Assembly: GCA_040235515.1 (NCBI GenBank)
Contig: JBECKX010000083.1
Location: 1 to 13,209 of the forward strand
Source of the DNA: Candidatus Zixiibacteriota bacterium
GTDB taxonomy: Bacteria; Zixibacteria; MSB-5A5; CAIYYT01
Direction: 5' to 3'
DNA: 13,209 bases
Shown: positions 7,363-13,209 of the stretch, piece by piece
Position numbering within the stretch: the first letter of the stretch is position 1
Layout: each line of letters starts with the position of its first letter
Position numbers and translations under genes: made by a program
The notes under the pieces: model-generated
The model's database searches: none
Told to the model about the DNA's origin: nothing
What the model saw: only the letters and a program-made list of their open reading frames with translations

Positions 7363-7793
7363 TGAGGAAGGCTCACATCCACAACACGGTTCGCGGGACG
7401 AGGATCCCACGAGAGAAGATCGGCAGGCTCGCAGAAATCGTACTGCGTGGCGAAAGACGTCGACAAGACGTTAACATTGTATTTATTGAAGATGACGAGA
7501 TGAAGAGGATCAACCAGCAATTCAGGAACAAGGAGCGCACTACCGACGTGCTGTCATTCGCACTTGAGGAAGATGACGATCCTTTAATAGGTGAGATCTA
7601 TATCTCGATCCCCGAAGCCCGTCGCAACGCTGCAGAGCAGGGACATTCCACTACAGACGAAATTTTGAAATTGACCGCGCACGGATTGCTGCATCTCTGC
7701 GGAATTCATCACCCGACGCCGGCAAAACGCGAGGTGATGGCGGCCAAGGAAGACAGGTATCTGGCACAGCTTTCGAGGGTTGCGGCACGATGA
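7362..7793 (+). CDS. ybeY: rRNA maturation endoribonuclease YbeY
   Basis: N..FR.K...TDVLSF, GEIYIS and the metal-binding motif HGLLHLCGIHH (H3xH5xH). The start overlaps the upstream stop (TGATG). Confidence 0.95.
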   Translation: MRKAHIHNTVRGTRIPREKIGRLAEIVLRGERRRQDVNIVFIEDDEMKRINQQFRNKERTTDVLSFALEEDDDPLIGEIYISIPEARRNAAEQGHSTTDEILKLTAHGLLHLCGIHHPTPAKREVMAAKEDRYLAQLSRVAAR

Positions 7794-9082
7794 CGATCGG
7801 GATCCTGATCATACTGATCGCGATACTATTCTTCTTCGCCTACACCTTCAGTGTCGCAACAAGTGGCCTTTATCTATCGGACCATGATGAGCAGCGGCTG
7901 GTATCTTCGCTGTCAGGTCGCCGGCAGCGAAATGTGAAATACCTGCTGGAGAACCCGAAGAAGCTGGCGGTGACGGCATCGTTGCTGCAATCGGGAACGT
8001 TGATGGTGACGACCATCTTCTGGTTTATCATCGGAGCCAGCTTCGGGCTGCAGTGGCCGGAGCGGCTATTCCTGCAGATCGGATTGATCATAGCAGGCTG
8101 GGTGCTCTACTTCTCGACGACCAGCATCATCGCACCGAATTTGAAGCAGGAGCAGGTGCTGAACGTGATCCAGGGTCGTGCTTCGCTGGTACGGCTGGTG
8201 ATGATCGTTGCCGCGCCGATCGTCAACTATCTGATCAGGGTGAAGGAGCGGATGCAGGACAAGGAGGATTACGAGGATCGTAAGGAGGAACTTGTCGAAA
8301 GAGCGATCGAGGAACTGGCGGACTCCGCGGGATTCGATGAGCCACTGATGGAGCCTGATATCCGGCAAATGATCGGAAACGTTTTCGAGCTTACCGATTC
8401 CGAGGTACGTGAGGTTATGGTGCCACGAATCGAGATTATCGCTATCGAGAAGGGCTCGACGATTCAGCAGGTACAGAAGGTCGTGGCAGAGACCGGATAC
8501 TCGCGGTTTCCGGTGTATGAAGAAGATATTGACAACATTGTAGGTGTGCTCTACGTGAAGGATATCTTCAAGAAGTATCCTCTTCCCGCACCTGATGCCG
8601 ATCTGACCAAGCTGGTAAGACCTGCGTTCTTCGTTCCAGAGAGCAAGCCGCTCAAGAGCCTGCTCGAAGAGTTCAAGCTGCAGAAGCTGCATATTGCGAT
8701 CGTTGTCGACGAGTATGGTGGGACGGCCGGACTGGTGACGATGGAGGACCTGCTCGAGTTGATCGTTGGTGACATTCAGGATGAGCATGACACCGAAGAG
8801 GAAGAGCTGGTCAAACTGGCAGAGAACGAATTCCTGGTCTCTGCGAACTATTCGATGTACGATCTCTCGGAGGAGCTTGATCTGGCGCTTGAAGAGAAGG
8901 ACTTCGAGACGGTTGGCGGGTATATCTACGACCTGGTGGGGTCACTGCCGCAGGTTGGGCAGCGCGTATCGGCTGACGGAATCGACTACGTGGTTGAGCA
9001 GGTGAATGGTCAGCGAATCGAGAAGGTGAAGGTCATCATCAACCGCGATCGTACCGCTGCTCCGGAGCCCTCCGACGAGTAA
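7790..9082 (+). CDS. Hemolysin-family / CorC-HlyC (CNNM + CBS pair + CorC) membrane protein
   Basis: An N-terminal multi-TM DUF21-like region, then [61 protein letters not shown] and C-terminal ETVGGY. ATGA overlap with the ybeY stop. Confidence 0.93.
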   Translation: MTIGILIILIAILFFFAYTFSVATSGLYLSDHDEQRLVSSLSGRRQRNVKYLLENPKKLAVTASLLQSGTLMVTTIFWFIIGASFGLQWPERLFLQIGLIIAGWVLYFSTTSIIAPNLKQEQVLNVIQGRASLVRLVMIVAAPIVNYLIRVKERMQDKEDYEDRKEELVERAIEELADSAGFDEPLMEPDIRQMIGNVFELTDSEVREVMVPRIEIIAIEKGSTIQQVQKVVAETGYSRFPVYEEDIDNIVGVLYVKDIFKKYPLPAPDADLTKLVRPAFFVPESKPLKSLLEEFKLQKLHIAIVVDEYGGTAGLVTMEDLLELIVGDIQDEHDTEEEELVKLAENEFLVSANYSMYDLSEELDLALEEKDFETVGGYIYDLVGSLPQVGQRVSADGIDYVVEQVNGQRIEKVKVIINRDRTAAPEPSDE

Positions 9083-9095
9083 CGAGCAAACGTTA

Positions 9096-9674
9096 CTACT
9101 CACTCCGCATTTCAAGACTATCTACAGAAATTTCCTCGCGGGCGCTTTGATTGGAATCTGAGGCGGAGTCGCTCGATTTGGAATCATCCAGGGCAGATTC
9201 TTTCCATGGGGCGCTGCCGTAGGGGTAGTTCTTCAGAACATCCTCCGGCGGTGTTTGCTCGACGCCGACGCCATGCGTGTAGACGAGCTGGCCACCCTCA
9301 TGCGCCGTGATGACAGTCACGACCACTCCGACCAGGCCGACGGCTATCAGGGGAGTCAGGACGCGGTCATCGTTGCGGTAATATTGCCACAGCTTCATCG
9401 AGACGAACGCGATGGCGCACGCCAGCATGACGTAACCCATCGTCTCATGCGAGCCCGCGACGATCTCCGCCTGCGTGCCGCGGGGCACGATCTGTTTGGC
9501 GAAGAGTCCGGTGACGACGGCGGCAAAGGCTCCGAGTGCGGCGGCAACGGAGGCAACCAGAGAACCGACGCTCAGGAGCCTGGAGCGTGTGAAATACGCG
9601 ATGAGTTCGCATGCAACTGCGACCAGGAAGAGTGCGATCGGGAAATGGACGACTAGTGGGTGAGGGTTCGGCAA
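9096..9674 (-). CDS. DUF2231-family 4-TM membrane protein
   Basis: HPLVVHFPIAL at the N-terminus, a conserved His (SHETMG), GGQLVYTHGVG and four hydrophobic segments. I prefer the TTG at 9674 (MPNPHP...) over 9698 because AAGGA lies 7 nt upstream of it. Confidence 0.85.
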   Translation of the reverse strand: MPNPHPLVVHFPIALFLVAVACELIAYFTRSRLLSVGSLVASVAAALGAFAAVVTGLFAKQIVPRGTQAEIVAGSHETMGYVMLACAIAFVSMKLWQYYRNDDRVLTPLIAVGLVGVVVTVITAHEGGQLVYTHGVGVEQTPPEDVLKNYPYGSAPWKESALDDSKSSDSASDSNQSAREEISVDSLEMRSE

Positions 9675-9734
9675 CTCGCTATCCTTGGCTGATGGCAATT
9701 TTGAGGTTCATCTTTGCAGCGGTTCCGGCCGTGA

Positions 9735-11984
9735 TCAATTGAAGCGTTTCAATCTCAGGGCGTTGGTTACGACAAACACCGAAGAGAGCGACATCGCGCC
9801 AGCCGCGATGGCCGGCGAGAGTTGCCAACCGAGGCTTGGGTAGAGCGCCCCGGCGGCGATAGGAATCGCCAGCACATTATAGATGAAGGCCCAAAACAGG
9901 TTTTGCTTGATCGTTCTGACGGTCGCCCGTGCAAGCCTGACGACTTGCGGTACTCGATCGAGGCGGTCAGAGGTGAGGGTCACTTCGGCGGATTCCATGG
10001 CGATATCGGTTCCACCGGAGACGGCGATGCCGACATCGGCGGCGGCGAGAGCGGGGGCATCATTGATGCCATCCCCTACCATGCCGACAACCTGGCCCTT
10101 TCTGCGTTGCTGTTCAATGGCTGCCAGTTTCTGTTCCGGAGTCAATTCGGCTTCCACCCTATCGATTCCGATGCGTTGCGCCACCGCTTGCGCGGCCTGT
10201 CTGTTGTCGCCGGTAATCATGCCGGGGCGAATTCCGAGTTGTTTCAACTCGCCGACAGCAGGTGCAGCATCGCTGCGGACAACATCGCCCAGCGAAAGCA
10301 GACCCGAGAGTTTGCGATCGATCGCGACAAGAATGATGCTCCTGCCCAGCGAGCTTTCATTCTCGACAGCCTGCTTCAGGGCTGTCGTATCGATGCCCTG
10401 CTCCTGCACGAAGCTCTCCTTGCCGAGGATGACAGCCACCCCTGCGACGGTTGCCGAGGCACCGGCGCCGGCATACGACATAAAGCTGGAAGCATCAGGG
10501 ATTTCAAGCTTTTGCTCTCTGGCTCGTGCTACCACTGCGCGAGCGAGCGGATGCTCCGAGCGTGATTCGACGGCGGCAGCAAGTGCAAGGAGTCGGGCAT
10601 CGTCGGTATCGAGGGCAATCACGTGGGCGACCTCGAATGTTCCACGCGTGAGGGTACCGGTCTTGTCGAAGTAGAGCGTGGAGAGTTTGCCGATCTGTTC
10701 GAGCGAGTTGCCGCTTCTGAAGAGGATTCCGAGTGAGGCTCCCCTGCCGACACCGACCATGATTGCGGCGGGAGTAGCCAGTCCGAGCGCGCAGGGACAG
10801 GCGATAATCAATACGGCGATCATCGATTTGAGCGCCATCGGCAAGGCACCTCCGGCGAGAATCCAGATGATGCAGGTGGCAAAGGCAATCGCAATCACGA
10901 CGGGCACAAAGATGGACGCTACCTTGTCCACGAGTTTCTGAATCTGCGGTTTGGAACTGAGAGCGTCATTGACCATGTCGGCGATTTTGCTGAGGCGGGA
11001 ATCGGCCTGATCGACAGTGACTTTAAAGTCGAAGCTGCCGGAGCGGTTGATCGTGCCGCCGGTTACGAAGTCGCCGGGATGCTTGTCGACCGGCAGTGAT
11101 TCGCCGGTAAGCATCGACTCATCTACCGAACTGGAACCTGTTACGATCTCGCCATCCGCAGGGATCTTCTCGCCGGGGCGTACTCGTACCAAGTCACCCA
11201 TACCCAGCTCTTCGGAGGGAATCCTGGCCTCCGAGCCGTCGCGGAGAATGGTGGCTTCCTCCGGGCGTGATTCAAGCAGTTTCTGGATGGCCTGCGAACT
11301 GCGGGATCGCGCTTTGGCCTCGAGGAAGCGGCCTACGAGGATCAGTGCGATGATCATGATTGCGGAGTCGAAGTAGTAAGCTGGAGTTTCGCCCGGCGCG
11401 TGGAAGAGGCCGGGTTTGACCAGCACGGCGATGCTGTACCAGTAAGCGGCGGAAGTGCCGAGGGAGATCAAGGTGTTCATGTCAGCGGTTCTCTGTTTCA
11501 GAGAGTTCCAATGGCCGATATGAAAACGCCAGGCCGCCCAGAAGTAGACCAGCGATGCAAGCGCTACCTGCAGGTAAAGGAACACGCCATGATGCGGATT
11601 GAACCAGCCTAGCTTGCCGGCGAGCATGCCGGCCATGATTATCACTGCTGCGGCTATAGATACGATTAGCGGCAGTTTGATCTCTCGGATCTCGGTTGCG
11701 GCGGGGTCGTCACGCTCCGAGCGGCGGGTAGGGATCTTCGAAAACTTGTAGCTGCCTGAAGCCGATAGTCCGCCGAGGCGGGTATCGAGGTCCTCGATGC
11801 CGTGATGGGTAAGTATGGCGGAGCGGTCGCTGAGATTGACCGCTACCGACTCCATACCTGGAATCTCAGCGAGCATCTTCTCAACGCGCGCAACACAGCT
11901 TGCGCAATGCATGCCATTGACCCGGATCTTTGTCCGGACCAGGGCGGCATCATTCTTTTTCTCAGCGACATCAACCATTAGCAT
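9735..11984 (-). CDS. copA: Copper(I)-translocating P1B-type ATPase
   Basis: Single HMA domain GMHCASC, DMNTL, TGES, intramembrane [26 protein letters not shown], and the Cu(I)-type YN and MxxSS (MSLSS) motifs. The true start may be the ATG at 11978, given the GAGG spacing. Confidence 0.95.
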   Translation of the reverse strand: MLMVDVAEKKNDAALVRTKIRVNGMHCASCVARVEKMLAEIPGMESVAVNLSDRSAILTHHGIEDLDTRLGGLSASGSYKFSKIPTRRSERDDPAATEIREIKLPLIVSIAAAVIIMAGMLAGKLGWFNPHHGVFLYLQVALASLVYFWAAWRFHIGHWNSLKQRTADMNTLISLGTSAAYWYSIAVLVKPGLFHAPGETPAYYFDSAIMIIALILVGRFLEAKARSRSSQAIQKLLESRPEEATILRDGSEARIPSEELGMGDLVRVRPGEKIPADGEIVTGSSSVDESMLTGESLPVDKHPGDFVTGGTINRSGSFDFKVTVDQADSRLSKIADMVNDALSSKPQIQKLVDKVASIFVPVVIAIAFATCIIWILAGGALPMALKSMIAVLIIACPCALGLATPAAIMVGVGRGASLGILFRSGNSLEQIGKLSTLYFDKTGTLTRGTFEVAHVIALDTDDARLLALAAAVESRSEHPLARAVVARAREQKLEIPDASSFMSYAGAGASATVAGVAVILGKESFVQEQGIDTTALKQAVENESSLGRSIILVAIDRKLSGLLSLGDVVRSDAAPAVGELKQLGIRPGMITGDNRQAAQAVAQRIGIDRVEAELTPEQKLAAIEQQRRKGQVVGMVGDGINDAPALAAADVGIAVSGGTDIAMESAEVTLTSDRLDRVPQVVRLARATVRTIKQNLFWAFIYNVLAIPIAAGALYPSLGWQLSPAIAAGAMSLSSVFVVTNALRLKRFN

Positions 11985-12102
11985 CTACCTCGTCTGTCGA
12001 TGATAATACGAAACATCATTTGCGTGTGGAAGACAAATCGCACTGGTTGGCGTAGATCTGAATGACAGAGGGCAACGCAATGCCCAGTGGTGGAGATGCC
12101 GT

Positions 12103-12133
12103 TTGACAAAACGTAGAGGGATACGTCTATTGT
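12103..12133 (+). promoter_or_regulatory. Putative sigma70 promoter with 19-bp spacer and internal dyad
   Basis: TTGACA (12103..12108), 19 bp, TATTGT (12128..12133). The spacer holds ACGTA-GAGGGA-TACGT (12111..12126). Confidence 0.35.
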
Positions 12134-12155
12134 AAACAGGGAGTAGTAATCACAA

Positions 12156-12257
12156 ATGGAGGAAGAGCGGTCAGGTTTGAAGGGCGACCCTACCTCTCCC
12201 TTAAAAGTAACTGATCCTCCGAAAGTAGAAACGAAGAAGAAGGATGGGTCGAAATGA
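12156..12257 (+). CDS. 33-aa small ORF or gene remnant coupled to the downstream gene
   Basis: ATG GAG GAA ... TCG AAA TGA encodes MEEERSGLKGDPTSPLKVTDPPKVETKKKDGSK. Its stop overlaps the next start (ATGA, 12254..12257). GGGAG lies 12 nt upstream. The ORF is too short to appear in the provided track. Confidence 0.3.
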   Translation: MEEERSGLKGDPTSPLKVTDPPKVETKKKDGSK

Positions 12258-12736
12258 TGCGCAAGAAGAAGTTTCGGGGGATTAGGGTGGCCATCCTGGT
12301 GTTATCGGTATTTGCTTTACTTCCTATGTCTGGTAGAAGTCAAGACTCACGGGATGATTCGGGATTGCCGCTGCCGGTCTATGATGATGGTTGTAAGTTC
12401 CTGATGAAGGCAGTTCACCAGGAGTGGTCAAGAGCAGACGGAGAATTGAGTATTGTTCTTTGCAAGAAACTGATCTGGGTGATACTTCTGAATCCAAATG
12501 CATTTTACACTGAATTTGCAGCCGATTCTGTCCAATACGACAGATTCTTAGAATGTGTTAAGTACAATTTGTTTAGAAATTATAGCGATACGACTACGTC
12601 TCATCTTGAGAGATTGCGACTAGTAGCCTTGGATCGACTTCAGGAACAAACCTATTCGATTGATTCAAGTTACGTGCGATTGCACGAGGAACTGATTGAT
12701 AAGATCAAGCATGTCAAACCAACTTTTGTGGACTGA
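12254..12736 (+). CDS. Hypothetical exported protein (160 aa), lower GC
   Basis: Basic N-terminus plus a hydrophobic stretch (RKKKFRGIRVAILVLSVFALLPMSGRS), AAGGA upstream and a helical-looking mature region with three Cys. Two sampled 60-mers have 25/60 and 19/60 G+C, visibly below copA. Confidence 0.7.
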   Translation: MMRKKKFRGIRVAILVLSVFALLPMSGRSQDSRDDSGLPLPVYDDGCKFLMKAVHQEWSRADGELSIVLCKKLIWVILLNPNAFYTEFAADSVQYDRFLECVKYNLFRNYSDTTTSHLERLRLVALDRLQEQTYSIDSSYVRLHEELIDKIKHVKPTFVD

Positions 12737-12761
12737 TCATATGCGAGTCTTGTAATAGACC

Positions 12762-12823
12762 GCAAGTCCGCCCCCTGTGGTTCGGACTCCTAAACTGTCG
12801 GAACCACAGGGGTTTCGACTTAC
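12762..12823. repeat. Inverted pair of degenerate GTAG-type REPs (REPIN-like)
   Basis: GCAAGTCCGCCCCCTGTGGTTCGGAC (12762..12787) and GTCGGAACCACAGGGGTTTCGACTTAC (12797..12823) are inverted relatives. Same family as 2081..2107. Confidence 0.7.
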
Positions 12824-12840
12824 TTTATTGTTCTAGCTTT

Positions 12841-13200
12841 GGGCGCAGCATGCTGCGCCCCTACGGATGCGTGTCAAGCTCCGAGTGAATTTGACCTACA
12901 AAACCAAGTAGGTCACGCCTTCTTGAGGCGTGACACAGTTGTACATTCAACCAGTCTTCTCTTACTGTCATGCCCCGAGAGGGCATGACCTACCTGGCTA
13001 CAGGGGGCCGACCTAGGTTTCAGCCTTGGGCGCAGCATGCTGCGCCCCTACGGATGCATGTCAAGCTCCGAGTGAATTCGACCTGCAAAACTAAGTAGGT
13101 CACGCCTTCTTGAGGCGTGACAGAGTTGTACTTTCAACCAGTCTTCTCTTACTGTCATGCCCCAAGAGGGCATGACCTACCTGGCTACAGGGGGCCGACC
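12841..13200. repeat. Tandem duplication (period 187 bp) of a BIME-like mosaic of four GTAG-type REPs
   Basis: 12841..13013 and 13028..13200 differ at 7 of 173 positions. Each unit holds GGGCGCAGCATGCTGCGCCC-CTAC, GTCAAGCTCC..GAATTTGAC-CTAC, GTAG-GTCACGCCT-TCTTG-AGGCGTGAC and GTCATGCCC-CGAGA-GGGCATGAC-CTAC. The array may continue beyond the window. Confidence 0.92.
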
Positions 13201-13209
13201 AAGTGTTTC

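Noticed and set aside
7679..7711. YbeY metal motif ending GIHH instead of the common GYDH
   Set aside because: All three metal-binding histidines keep the H3xH5xH spacing, so this is ordinary variation.
9083..9095. Bidirectional terminator between the convergent corC-like and DUF2231 genes
   Set aside because: The gap is only 13 bp, with no convincing stem-loop or T-tract.
12762..13209. CRISPR array
   Set aside because: The sequences between palindromes are duplicated rather than unique spacers. The palindromes differ from each other, occur in both orientations and carry GTAG tags. No cas genes are present.

Overview
GC-rich bacterial chromosomal window. Gene content and protein style suggest an FCB-group, Zixibacteria-like lineage, but this is a weak inference. 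The core is a housekeeping run on the + strand: aspS, phoH, a 7TM-HD (PgpH-like) phosphodiesterase, ybeY and a CorC/TlyC CBS-domain protein. It converges on a minus-strand pair, copA (Cu(I) P1B-ATPase) and a DUF2231 membrane protein. The left flank holds a secreted tail-fibre-like protein with three VGIGT repeats. The right flank holds a lower-GC orphan exported protein coupled to a 33-codon ORF. The outer intergenic regions carry several palindromic repeat families (BoxC-like, GTAG-type and CGTC-type REPs), including a 187-bp-period tandem REP mosaic at the right end. I saw no transposase, reverse transcriptase, Cas gene, tRNA or rRNA. The most unusual signals are (i) an AspRS with several normally conserved active-site motifs changed plus an insertion, (ii) a 33-bp relic of a paralog's C-terminus lying 160 bp from the matching codons of the fibre gene, and (iii) REP variants related by compensatory stem changes. 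I cannot claim a proven new system from sequence alone.
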